In this document: in pieces, positions 43,169 to 56,469 of the stretch
How the letters are laid out: each line of letters begins with the position of its first letter
Position numbering within the stretch: the stretch's first letter is position 1
Assembly (NCBI RefSeq): GCF_006345805.1
Contig: NC_043001.1
Coordinates: forward strand, 67,890,001-67,954,000
Direction: 5' to 3'
DNA from: Octopus sinensis
Lineage: Eukaryota
Length of the DNA: 64,000 bases
The notes under the pieces: model-generated
Database searches by the model: none
The model's input: the letters and a program-made list of their open reading frames with translations, nothing else
Told to the model about the DNA's origin: nothing
Made by a program: the position numbers and the translations under genes

Positions 43169-44289
43169 TAATATTCTGTATATCATAGTTAACGAAAATA
43201 TACTGATGAAAGCGTTGAAACTGCGGTATTCATCGTGAAAGAACATCTTGTATAGATTCCCTAAGAGATAGTGTTAAAAACACAAACATATAATAGCTTC
43301 TGGAAAGTGTCTAGCAGCAGTGGTGGAATTGTATATTTACGTATTTCTGCTCTTTTGTGCGTCATCAGTAGTGAGCACCCACTAACCCTGCATTCCAAGT
43401 CAAATTTAGCTGGATGCCTTCTTGAGACGAATGTCGCAGTTTCAAGGCTTTCAGCAGTATGTTGATCTAATACTGCTTCTATTGCTAATAATGAAAGTAC
43501 ATATAATATATTTGCTATATAACATGCAAACCAGGTATATGATATATAGTATATGTCAGGTATAAAATATATATTGTATGTCTAATATACATTGTATATC
43601 ACCTATATGAGATATGTTATATATCTGCTATATAGTATATGTTGTATATCTAGTAGATATGTAGTTATCGTTATTTGTCCTCAGTTTTACCTACCAAACA
43701 TATATTCAATGGTGTTCCTATTCCTGTTTCGACTTTTCCATCATTCAGTTCATATGTCGCATATCCAGGACGACATAACTTTACCCTACAGTTTATTTTA
43801 TAGAACACTGAGGGAATATTTGAGGTAGCCTCGCTGCTATTTCTAGCAAATCCACTGGACTCGTGATTATTTTATTTATTACATTCCTATTTGCCAACGT
43901 CATAATTATCTCTGATATCACTTGTTAATGTTATGAATATCATTGAAGTCCTACGTTTCTTCTGCCTTCAAAAATCTCCAGCTTTAGTTCATATCAAAGA
44001 TGATTATTGTAAATTCATACATCCAAATATTTGTTGGGCATCTGCTGGATATTTGTTGGACATCTTTGTAAATTCTGTCGGCTGTAAAGAAATAAATATA
44101 AATATATAGAAACGGTCGTTTGAGAGACATTATCAGATATTCAGCAAACAGTCTCAGAAACACAGGTCTTCCATGGAAGTGATATTTTGGACATAATTAG
44201 AATTATTCATGCCAAATTCTAAACCCAGAAATATTGGATCGTTTGAGTCCACCTTGAGGATATCCTCAGCACCCACCTTTAACAAGGCA

Positions 44290-44760
44290 GGGCTTGCGGT
44301 ATTCTTCTGTCCAGCGACTACGGTGAAAGAGGCGGTGTGGTAGAGGAGGGCGGAAGGATTGAGGAAAAGACAGCTTCCTCTTCCATCAAACCCTTACCCA
44401 GACATTTTAAAGTTCTCATTGGAAAGGAGAGAGAGGCTGGAGTGAGAAGTGCTTTCTCCCAGTGGATTTGTAAAAAGTCAGGTGAGTGTGACAACAATGG
44501 TTCTGGAAAATGGACCTACTCTAAGCATGTACCTATAGTTTGGAGAATAACGGTTGGGCAAGAGGTCGTACCTTTGGTTGTCAGGGCAATTCTGAATCTG
44601 TGGTGCTCCTTTATTGGCTCCTGTTGGAAGTTTTCTTGTATCAGGAGGACAGCATCATCCATGTATTCACATACTTTGTATACTTTGAATACTTTTATCG
44701 CATTTCATTGCCTTTCCCGTTCTTTCCCCTCATCTTTTATATAACCACCCTCAACAAATT
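44290..44760 (+). mobile_element. L1/Tx1-like ORF2 C-terminal remnant with 3' UTR
   Basis: VKEAVW*RRAEGLRKRQL...LKFSLERRERLE*EVLSPSGFV...LSMYL*, judged by pattern only. Confidence 0.35.
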
Positions 44761-45235
44761 GTAAAGTGTCCTTGCATTGTCCCGCTCATCAGACGCCCCT
44801 GTGACAAATAAAAGGAATCATCATCATCATCATCATCATCATCAGAATCGTTAGTACGCCGGGTAAAATGCTTAGTATCATTTTGCCTGTCTACGTTCTG
44901 AGTTCAAATTCAGCCGAGATCCACTTCACCTCCATCCTTTCGGGGGGGGGGGGCGATGAAGCAAGTACCAGTTGAGCACTGGGATCGATGTAATCAACTT
45001 ACCCCTCCCTCGAAATTGCCGGCCTTGTACCAAAATTTGAAGCCATTATTATTATGTTTGTTGTTGTTGTTCGCTTTGCTCAACTGAGAAAGACATAAAT
45101 CTTTCCTTACATCTTATTTCAATATTTCACTTCCTGTTTATCCTTATAATCTATGACCCGTTTCCATTTTCTTCTCCAGCTTCCTTCCGCCCACTTAACT
45201 CTCTTCGTCTCTCTCTCTCTTGTTCTCTTTTTCTT

Positions 45236-45278
<43 letters not shown>

Positions 45279-45480
45279 CTCTTTAACTTTCTGCCAGTCA
45301 CATCTCTCATCCTTTTCCTCTCTTTATCTCTCTCTCTCTCTCTGTCTTTTTGCTTATACCCCTGTTTCTCTTCATCATATATCTTATTCTGTTACTTCTT
45401 TCTCTCATTGCATTTTATTTGTTTATCTTCTTCCATCTCTCTCTCCCTCCCTCCCTCCTTCTCTCCCACTCTCCAAGTCC

Positions 45481-45511
<31 letters not shown>

Positions 45512-45811
45512 TCTATCTGTTTGGCTGTCTGTCTGGGTGTCTGTCTGTCTGGGTGTCTGTCTGTCTGGGTGTCTGCCTTCTTCCCTCTCAACCTCCTCCC
45601 TTTCTCTGACCATAAAATTATCTTTATGTTCATCTAAATCTCTCTGACCGCCTCCACTACATATCCTTCGCCTTCCTCGTCCCATTTAACAAATTTGCAT
45701 ATTTTCCGTGTCATATAATAACATCATACTTGATTTAAGAGATAAAAATTTGTGTTTTTGATTATATAGAAGCTATGTTTATATATGCAATTGTAGACAT
45801 GTTTAAAGGAT

Positions 45812-45843
<32 letters not shown>

Positions 45844-45879
45844 GTTGATAGATAGATAGATATGTACATGTTATGTACG

Positions 45880-45938
<59 letters not shown>

Positions 45939-45960
45939 TATATATGTTGTGTGTGTGTGT

Positions 45961-46370
45961 GGTGGCGAGCTGGCAGAAACGTTAGCACGCCGGGAGAAAT
46001 GCTTAGCAGTATTTCGTCTGCCGCTATGTTCTGAGTTCAAATTCCGCCGAGTCGACTTTGCCTTTCATCCTTTCGGGGTCGATTAAATAAGTACCAGTTA
46101 CGCACTGGGGTCGATATAATCAACTTAATACGTTTGTCTGTCCTTGTTTGTCCTCTCTGTGTTTAGCCCCTTGTGGGTAGTAAAGAAATAGGTATTTCGT
46201 CTGCCGTTACGTTCTGATTTCAAATTCCACCGATGTCGACTTCGCCTTTATCCTTTCGGTGTCGATAAATTAAGTAACAGTTACGCACTGGGGTCGATAT
46301 AATCAACTTAATCCGTTTGTCTGTCTTTGTTTGTCCTCTCTATGTTTAGCCTCTTGTGGGGCAATAAAGA
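45961..46370 (+). mobile_element. SINE family B, full length with internal tandem duplication of its body
   Basis: GGTGGCGAGCTGGCAG A-box, GAGTTCAAATTCC B-box; the body repeats at about 46190-46370. Confidence 0.85.
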
Positions 46371-46588
46371 AATAATATATATATATATATACACACATGT
46401 ATGCATATATGTCTATACGCTCATGTGTATCAGTTTACATTTTACTACGGTTTGGTCGGCCCGAAGCTATAGTAAGAAGACATTTACCCAAGTTTCCCCG
46501 CAATGGGACTGAACCCGGAGCCATGTGGTTGGGAAGCAAGCTACTTACCACACAGCCACGACTGTGCCTATTATAGTAGACTTTAGAT

Positions 46589-46784
46589 CAGTGGTTCCCA
46601 ACCACTTTTTGTCCATGGGCCCCTTTGTTTCCTATTTCACATTACTTGACCCCATAGCTATTTGAAGTTTTAAAATTTCCCATTATAAATTGTTAAGATA
46701 TTGTGTCTTGTAAAAGTATAACTGATTTATGACACGTAATATTTAACACCCAGATCTTATATGGATCCCGGTAGAGAAACATTG
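46589..46784. mobile_element. hAT (Charlie-like) MITE, diverged relative of 18483-18737
   Basis: CAGTGGTTCCCA...GAGAAACATTG ends; TSD CTTTAGAT/CTTTAGAC. Confidence 0.7.
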
Positions 46785-47161
46785 CTTTAGACCCATGTTC
46801 ATAGTGTAAGAAAGTTCTTAGATTTTACTTAATTAGTTTAGTTGCCAAAAGTTTGATCTCAGTTATCTATTCTTCCGAGGGCTTTACATGTACTGGATTA
46901 AAGTTGTTTCTTTTTATAATTAATACTCGCATTTTCTAAATTTGCCTCGTAGCCTATCGGTTCGACAGAAAGAGATCGATTGAATGAGTAGCACTCTTAA
47001 ACAAGTACTGGGGTCAATATAATTGACTAAACCCTTAAATGTGGTGCCTGAGCATGACCGAACATTTCCGATCGTTTCCCAACGAAATGAAAGTAGCAAA
47101 AAAGAAAAAACGAAAATGTAAGTGCTTGTATGATTAAGCCGACAAGTACATATGAAGACTT

Positions 47162-47228
<67 letters not shown>

Positions 47229-47418
47229 AGGAGAGTGAAATAGTGTTTGATAATGCAATGTACTAAGTATACATTTTTATAAAGTTAAGGCGAGTGAACA
47301 CATTTGCAGCTATTTTAAATATTTATTTAAATACCGTATAATCCGTCTATCATATTGTACTATCTCTGATTCATCGTCATTTCAAAGCTTTATCAAGAAA
47401 TGTTCTTACAAGGATTCT

Positions 47419-47450
<32 letters not shown>

Positions 47451-47579
47451 TATCCATGCATATGTGTACACACATACATACACACACATGTTTACATATG
47501 TATCTATGTATCTATCAATTTATCAAAGCTGTCTGTCTGTCTGTTTGCCTGTCTGTCTGTCTGTCTGTCTCTCTCTAAT

Positions 47580-47658
<79 letters not shown>

Positions 47659-48239
47659 TGTATGTATGTATGTATGTATATTTTGACTTAGATCTGCTTT
47701 ACTTAGTCTGACATACAAAAGAAAAAGGGCTAGTCGTTCGGATGCGATGATGGTATGAAGCGAGGCAGCACCAGTTTCTACACAAGGTTGGTTGTCTTTG
47801 GATCATGCATAAACGTCGTTCCTATTAGATAGTATCAGTTACATGATGGAACGACTACAAGGTGTAGCAAGTACTAGATGTAGTAGTAAGTGTTACTATG
47901 ATGAATGGCGACAATTCTGGTGCAATAAGAGCCGTTCCCCTTACTTTCTTTAGGAAAAGTAGTGAATTTGAAAATTTCAGAAAAAAAAATATTGCAAAAT
48001 ATATTGTTAAATTTATGGAATAGTGTCAACTATGGCTTAAAATTAATGAGCTTCTTTGGCGATGGTAATATGTAAGATTAGTCTTCTTGTAAAGACAACG
48101 AACTTTTGCACTAAGTAAAGTTTATCATAGAGACTAAGACAGCAGCTAGGTGCATAGGTGAATAAAACAGCACCTTGTGGAGAAACTCTATTTTGTTGTT
48201 GCTAAATCTGAAGGTCTGAGTCCTGCCTATGACCATTGC

Positions 48240-49230
48240 AAGTCTTCCGAGTCCAGTGAGTTTGATGCCGTTAATGTTTCGATTAAAATGTTGCAGGACA
48301 ATACTTGCAGGAAAGATATGACAAAAGAAGATTCCAGCTGGATGATGATCTGGAGATGAAGAACTGGAAATAGTATTAAGTGCGGGTCCAGGATGGTTGA
48401 TCTCAACGAAGATGACGAGAGATGAAGAAATGAATAAATTAGTGTGCCTGGTGTAAGTAGGAAACAACCAGCTCCAAAAATATACGCTATTATAGCAGTG
48501 TTATGAGATAGATATAGATAGACAGACAGGCAATTAGATAGATAAATAGGGAAAGAGAGAGAGAGAGAGAGAGAGAAAGTGAGAGAGAGAAATAGAGAGG
48601 AGAGAGCATGTCTGGAGACTAAAGGCTGGAGCGTGTCAGTGATTTAACGTCAATCGGTCGACTGATCATTCTCTCGATGCAGTCCAAGATACTGTGCATA
48701 ACAGTAGCATTGTCTCACTGCAGACCACACTTGGACCCTGTAGAATGTCAGCAGCTGTTGGGGCTAAAATATTTTCTGGCACTGAAGAAAAGAACTAGTC
48801 TTTAGGATATAGTCCTAGGATATACTCAGGATATACTTTCGTCAGATAAGATCCTCGGTGATAGTGAGGCCCAATATTTGGAACGACAGTGAGGGCATAA
48901 ACCGTGTGATGTTTATGTTAAGGGATGCGTGGCCTAGTGGTGCATTCTTGATATGAATGGTGCTCGAGATTTTGTTCTCGTCAAAGCAAACAAATTTGGC
49001 ATGGCCTCAAATACGAATGCTCTCAAGGTCACCGTTTATGGTGGTATCAATCCATGGTTTGGCCTCTGGCGTCTGGGTTGCTTGTGGGTGATGCATTTTA
49101 GGGGAATGTCAGCGGGGATGAGGAGCCGTGTCTTTCACATAAGAGTTGGACGAGGCAGAAAGAAGGTTATTGATATATAATAGAAAGAACTGAAAGAGGG
49201 TCAGAACCGAACCTTGGTGAACACAAGACT
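48240..49230 (-). mobile_element. Degraded CR1/L2-like LINE 3' remnant interrupted by (GA)n
   Basis: Minus strand gives QILGLTITEDL, QQLLTFYRVQV and IFPASIVLQHFNRNINGIKL fragments. Confidence 0.5.
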
Positions 49231-49240
49231 TAGTTGACAA

Positions 49241-49343
<103 letters not shown>

Positions 49344-49639
49344 TTGTGTATATGTGATTATACTTGTATATTTCTTGAAATTTAAAACGCACCGTACACA
49401 CACACACACACACACACACTCTAACTCACACACATAAATACAGGTACGCGAGCACACACGCATACATACACACGCATGCACAAGTAGGAATGGATGCACC
49501 CAAATGAACAACAATTTTATGGTTCTGCACTTATGAGGTGCATTTATGGATTGTATCTATAGTGTAGCATAATTTATTACCGAATACTGAAACATATGTA
49601 ACAGATCTAATAAAGGAATACCGAATTCAAGCTCATGTT

Positions 49640-49955
49640 CCTTTCTCTCATTTTATATATCTTAGCTCTTAGATCCTCCAGAGCTGTTAGCACAACGTGC
49701 AACAAGCCTTCTCCAGACATCCTTATTGCTCGTCTTTCTCCTGGGTCTACTCGGGCCAACTCTCATCGCTATCATGCCCTCCTAGAATGTACTGCGTCAC
49801 GTCTTCCTTGGTATTCCTCTCAGTCTCTTTCTTCTCCCGCCGCCCACTCCATCAGGATAGTAGCATGTCTCTCCTGTGGTAATCGAAGCACTTGGCCAAT
49901 AAAGCGTATCCGCCACGGAGGCACTATGTCCTGCAAACTTTCCATGCATGTTCTT
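49640..49955 (-). mobile_element. RTE-clade LINE 3' fragment
   Basis: WRIRFIGQVLRLPQERHATILMEW ... RGIPRKT ... VWRRLVARCA. Confidence 0.65.
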
Positions 49956-52014
49956 CTCATCACCTCATTATAGATATACATGCATACATAATCATACATA
50001 TATGCATACATACATGCATACATACATACATACATAATACATACATACATACATACATACATACATACATACATACACATATATGTATGTGTCTGTGAGT
50101 GTGTTCAGGATTAAATAAAAAGACGACTAACGGAAAATATGACCTACCTATATTATACAAATAAAAAAAACGTGTAGTAAATAAACGAACATATGCTAAA
50201 TACACAGACGGGCAGATTACATAGTTCATCAATTCTTCATCAGTTATCGGCCAAAGGGGTCAAACGTAATTTCAGCCATTATCGATAATACGCCCACTCT
50301 GGAGGCACCAACAAAAAACTTGTCGGGAACGAGACCTAAACATAAAACGAGACGGGCTCAATACAAAACGATGAACAGAATAAAGGTTTAGGGCCACACG
50401 AAGACAACAATTAATAATGATAATACATATACAACAACAGCCTTGGGGCGGCGAGACAAGACAAAAACGGGTAACGCGAAGCAGAAATGAAAACTATCCT
50501 AAAGGCCTATACATGAACGGCGTAGAGCGAGGAGCTCAGATAAATTTTTTGTAGTGGTTTCATGCATGCATAGCCTGGATTCGATCCCCGATTGCCAAAT
50601 TTCACTTAACAGCGTTTTTCTCACGGTAAAACAATAGTTTTTCTGTGAATGACAAGTTATACATTTGCTAGATGCCTTCGCTAAGCAGAATAATGTCTTT
50701 GCCACTTGACCCTTTTAACCTCTTCTAGGCTACCAGGGGCTGGAATGGAGATAACAGACCTCCAACGAAATCATTTGTTCTCAATAATATGTCTATCCTT
50801 CTGGCTGCTTTTCGATATTTATATAAACAAGAACTCTGTAAACTAAAGGTAGTTACTGAGAGCGACCATCAGTGAGTGTGAACGTTATTATTGCACTTTC
50901 TTCATATCATTCTTAAACATTAAACACTTCATTCATATATTTATATACATATATACTACATTTATACATTACCTTTAATAAATTAGCCTTCATAAAATTC
51001 AGCTTTAAAATAACATGACGAGTTAGAGTACTTTCTCGCCAACCTCCGAGAACGTCACTCGCAAGTATTGCAAGGTAGATGATCACCTGACTGCGTGACA
51101 CACCGTATTTGATGATATATGAGGTGAACAATTTTTGTTCCCCCGCCCGAAAAAATGTTTCAAAAATCTACCCAACTCCTATAAACATAGCTATGCCTCC
51201 ATAAGCAAATTTTGTCATTGACGCGCACTACTATAGGCTAATTTTAAGCCAGGCAGTCTCTCCTACTTAGTCTTTCTTCATGATAATACTTACAAGAGCT
51301 AAGATCCTTTTGTAATGTTCTGTAATGTACCGATTGCTTCAAATTTACATGCTTTAATGCGCTAAAAAGATTTTCCTGAATATGCACATTTGAAATTGGA
51401 GTACGTGTAATATTCTTGCACTTCTTTTATACGATCAAATACAATACTTTACGTTATCTAGTTTCGGTCCTTTATTACTACACCTTTCAACTTCATGAAT
51501 CGAAACCCCGTTGAGGGGAATGTGTTCGAGATATCTCTTCGACAGAGATCAAGAGAATTTAAAAAAAACAAAAAAACATTTTTACTGGCCAGAAGGAGGC
51601 GGTTTAATTATAGTATCTACCTTTCGCGGTGTAGTGGGTTAGATAAATTACTAAAAATGCATGGTTGTAGGTTTGTCTTACATTAATTTTTTTATCATAA
51701 ATACTGTATAGTGCTTCTATTAATTCATTCAGGTTACCAACACTTGCACTATTATACAAAATTTGAGTTGACCTATTGAATTTGATCGGAGTTTGTCTAC
51801 AAAATACATAGCTATAAGTTACTATTCTCTGTGTGGCCAGGAAAATCCTTTTTTTTTTTTACGAAGCAGTAACCATTGAAATTAATCGGATAGATTTCTT
51901 TTACCTGACCACAGACAGAATACCTTGTGGTTTAACCTCAGTACGTACCTTTCACAAGGACGTTTAAAATGTGTGTTCACTAAATGGAATTCGTGAATTT
52001 ACATTACTGCTTTC

Positions 52015-52035
52015 ACTTTCTTCCTTTCTTTTCTT

Positions 52036-52088
<53 letters not shown>

Positions 52089-52143
52089 TTTCCTTCTTTC
52101 TTTCTTTCTTTCTTTCTTATTTCCTTCCTTCCTTCCTTCCTTC

Positions 52144-52179
<36 letters not shown>

Positions 52180-52248
52180 TTTCCTTCCTTCCTTCCTTCC
52201 TTCCTTCCTTCCTTCCTCCCTTCCTTCCTTTCTTTCTTTCCTTTCTTC

Positions 52249-52293
<45 letters not shown>

Positions 52294-53120
52294 TTCCTCT
52301 TCTCTTTCTTTCTTTCTTTCTTTCTTTTTTCTTTCTTCCTTTCTTTTTTCTTCCTTCCTTTCTTCCTTCCTTCTTTTCTTCCTTTCTTTCTTTCTTTTTC
52401 TTTCTTTCTTTATTTCTTCTCTCTCTTCCTTTTTTTCCTTTCATCCATCCTTCCTTCCTTTCTTCCTTCCTTCCTTCCTTCCTTCCTTCCTTCTTTCATT
52501 CTTTCTTTCTTTTCGTCTTCCTTCCTTCATTCCTTCCTTTCTTTCTTTCTTTATTTCTTCTTCTCTCTCTTCCTTGTTTATTTCTTCCATCCTTCCTTCC
52601 TTTCTTCCTTTCTTCCTTCCTTCCTTTCTTTTTTCTTTCATTCTTTCTTTCTTTTCGTCTTCCTTCCTTCCTTCCTTCCTTTCTTTCTTTCTTCCTTCCT
52701 TTCTTTCTTTTTCTTTCTTTCTTTATTTCTTCTTCTCTCTCTTCTTTTTTTCCTTTCTTCCATCCTTCCTTCCTTCCTTCCTTTTTTCTTTCTTTCTTTC
52801 TTTCTTTCTTTTCGTCTTCCTTCATTCCTTCCCTTCTTTTTTCTTTCTTTCTTTCTTTTCGTCTTCTTTCCTTTCTTCCTTTCTTTCTTTGTTTCTTTCT
52901 TTCTTTGTTTCTTTCTTTATTTCTTTCTTTCTTCTTTCTTTCTTTCTTCTTTCTTTCTTCCTTCTTCCTTTCTTCCTTTCTTTCTTCCTTCCTTTCTTCC
53001 TCCCTTTCTTTCTTTCTTTTTCATTTCTTTCTTTCTTTTTTCCTTTCTTTCTTTCTTTCTTTCTTCCTTACTTCCTCTCTTTCTTTCTTTCCTTCTTTCT
53101 TTCTTTCTTTCTTTCTTTCT
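52015..53120. repeat. About 1.1-kb (CTTT)/(CCTT) polypyrimidine tract
   Basis: Almost pure pyrimidine on the + strand; source of the spurious 411/424-aa ORFs. Confidence 0.95.
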
Positions 53121-54275
53121 ACATACATACATACATACAAACATACAAACATGCATGCATGCATGCATGCATATGCATACGGACACACAAAAATAGGAAG
53201 AAATAAAGTTGCAAATGCTCTTGAAGTTTTTAGATCTATTTCCTTCAGAATCTCATAATTTTCAAAAGTTGTGTAAGATGGTGGGACGTAGAGTTATGCT
53301 GTAACTGTCTCAACTCTAGAGTTTGACAATTCGTTCCTTTTTACGAGGAGAATATAGCCCAGATTGCTCTCAGTAAAAACACTGTGTGATTGGCTGAAGA
53401 TTGTCACATGATCAGGCATAGAGCCTGGTTAATTCTATGATGTTTGTATTTAGGATCTTGTGATTGTGTGAACGATAATTGCACCAAAGGTGAAGGCTTT
53501 TTTAGTTCAGTGACTGTATTATGTGACGTTAAGGACAATTGCGCATCATGTTCGCCTATAGCTCAGGTGACATCATGGACGATAATTATCTCAAAAGCCA
53601 ACATTGTGTCAACCACTGAATGTATCATGTGTTAGTATAAACAACAGATTCTTAGAGTAGTTTGAGATACAGAAGCAGATAGCAGTCTTGTCTGTAAGTG
53701 GCGGTAAAATACGTATTTGTATGTATGTATATATTTAGCGTTGTGTTTGAGGGAAGGAGTATGAACAACAATAGTGTCTTGGTGATTTAGTTTTGTTAGT
53801 TACTATAGTTACTATATGTATATTCAATGAGTTGTTATCGATTATTCAGCTATAGCTTGTAGTTTGTAATGAGCATATCTATTTGTGTTTAATCTGTGGT
53901 GTTATCAAAATAAAAGAGAGAAGACTAGGACTTTTGGGGATTTGTTAGTTGCACACAAATCTAAATGTTCACTCAGTGAAATCTATCTGGTGTTAGGATC
54001 TTATATATTTTGATGATGAATAACCAGCTAAGTTACATTTCGCGTGTCCTATGTAATCTTCGTTACCTCTCTAACATATAATAGCATAAATCAAATGTCT
54101 TGACGAAGAGGTAAAGTGAGTGTTAAGAGTAAAAAAACAACTCCTGATTTAAACTTTGCCTTCTATTGTTGCCCGTTCAGCAGTTGCAGCAGTATAATTT
54201 TTGACAGAGTATTTTGCGAAAGAAAATTTGCTTATTAAATAATACAAACAACGACAGAATAAACTTTAACAACAT

Positions 54276-54376
<101 letters not shown>

Positions 54377-54899
54377 CATACATATATATATATATAATAT
54401 ATTATATATATATACATACACATACATACATACATACTTACATACTTACATACATACATACATGCATACATACATATATATGTATGAATATTTATATGTA
54501 TGAACATGTTTTTGTGTGTATATATGTTTATACCTACGTACCGCTAGGTAGATGCACGCACATACATACATACATACATACATACATACAAACATGTGTA
54601 CATACATACATACACACACACACGCATATATATATGAGAGAGAGAGGCAGAGACAGAGAGATGAAGGTATAAATCATTCTTACCGTACGAAGTATCTCTT
54701 ATCTAAACGCTATTGAATCAGACGAAGAATCTTTTATTGATAAGCATGGAAAAGAGGCGTTAAAATAGAAAATTATGCGCAAATTAAAAAGTTTTATCTC
54801 GCCCATATTTAGTGATAGCAAAGAAGAATAGGAGAATTTTGACAGCAGAGAAGAATATTGTCAGAATCAGCTTTGATAAGTTACTTTTGTTTTTCTTAC

Positions 54900-54998
54900 T
54901 CTTAACGTTAATTACAATGGTTTCTCTGTTGAAATATAGTAAATGGATGTCGTTCTCGGGGTGTGGACGCTCCATAGAAAGTGACCAGGTTTCAATTC
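54900..54998 (-). CDS. Candidate internal coding exon of an unidentified host gene (99 nt, phase 1-1)
   Basis: ctattttaaccag|GA ATT GAA...AAG A|gtaaga. Stop-free: IETWSLSMERPHPENDIHLLYFNRETIVINVK. An alternative GTAATT donor would give an 83-nt exon in another open frame. Confidence 0.4.
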
Positions 54999-55799
54999 CT
55001 GGTTAAAATAGATTAAGTAATGTTTCATTATTACTTTACTCCTTTATTTGTTTCGTTTGCTGAACAACAGCCATACTGAGGCACCATATTGGACGGTTTA
55101 GTCAACTACACCGATTCCTCTATTATTCTTTCAGTCTGGTACTTACTTTTTGAGTCTGGTACTTATCCGATCGGTTGTTAAGTAGTAAGAGATCTATAAG
55201 AATACAAACGCTTGCCCCATCCAACCATTCATCCATTCATTTATCCATCCATCCATCCATCCATCCATCCATCCATCCATCCATCCATCCATCCATCCAC
55301 ACAGACACAATTACATACGTATGTGTGTATGTATGTATGTATGTATGTATGTATGTATGCATGTATGTATGTCATTATTCAGTTTATTCCAAGATTTCTT
55401 GCCACGAGAGAAAGAACCGGTTTCTAACCTAGATTCAAGGCTTCTTCATTTCACATCAACAACAGGGTATGTATGTATGTATGTATGTGCAGATTTGCAT
55501 GTTTTATATATGTATTCTCATGCATTTAGCTGCATATCTAGACATGCTCATTTATGTTTAAATGATAAACTTTTGGAAAGTTTTACAGATTTTTACAGTT
55601 CCAGTGATGGATTGGATCTGTAGTCTACGAATTAGCTTTCTCCTTTCTGGTTTTGAGAAGCCTAATTTCTCAAGATTGGTATTTAGGCAGTGCGTTGCAT
55701 TTCCCAAGGTCTCAATAATTACAAGTATATTTTGGATTGAAGTTAAGCCTCTGCTACCTTGATTTCGTTTTAGGTAGAGGCGGTATACGTCAATATTTA

Positions 55800-56075
55800 T
55801 GTGGAAATTATGTGTGCATGCTAGTATTTTTCGGGTTTCGCATCAATGGCACGGATTTCATCAAGCGTCCAATCAAGTAGCCCAAATCTTCGTATGAGTA
55901 CTGGCACTGCAAACACATTGTGGGCCACTGTTCTGAGGGCCGAAGTTTCTTTATTCGGCTGTAATATTCTTTAGTGACACGTGCTTTATTACAGGTGCTA
56001 TTGTAAGATATATTTTCATCCACCCCTAGATACCTGTAACATTCCTCGTCAGATACAGGCGAAACAGTCAAATCT
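55800..56075 (-). mobile_element. Second Dong/R4-like RT-thumb fragment (different family)
   Basis: EECYRYLGVDENISYN...RVTKEYYSRIKKL parallels ESYKYLGVIE...ECYRRVRAIL in 23644..24411. Confidence 0.6.
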
Positions 56076-56469
56076 TTGATTGAGATGTTACTAGTCTAGT
56101 TTGTATGTATGTATGTATGTATGTATGTATGTATGTATATATGATTTTTCATTTTAATTTAAGTTCTTCTTGTGAGAGTTCAAGCGGGTTGCTAACAAAG
56201 CGACAAAATTTTCGAGTCAAGAGAGTTTCCGGTGTTTGTAAATATGTGTTTGAGTTGGGGTGTTGCTTGATCTGTCGATGCATACATCCAAGTGTATGCA
56301 TCTATTCACATAAGAATCTCAGATGCAGAAATTTTGGAATGTTTTATGAATTCCCACTGTACAACTAATAGATTGGATTTGGAAAATCTGTGCCAGTTTC
56401 TTTTACTCTTTTTCTGTGTAATCGAATATTTCTAGGTTTTACAGGTACATAACCTACATATGTACCAAC

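Noticed and set aside
43330-43375. CTGATGA...GAAATACGTA on the minus strand
   Set aside because: The stem II closing pair and stem I do not form.
50190-50250. CTGATGA on the minus strand downstream of a PLE remnant
   Set aside because: No GAAA core half and no stem I pairing, so it cannot be called a hammerhead.
51971-53258. 411-aa and 424-aa F/L/S/P-rich ORFs
   Set aside because: They are translations of the CTTT/CCTT microsatellite, which cannot contain stops in these frames.
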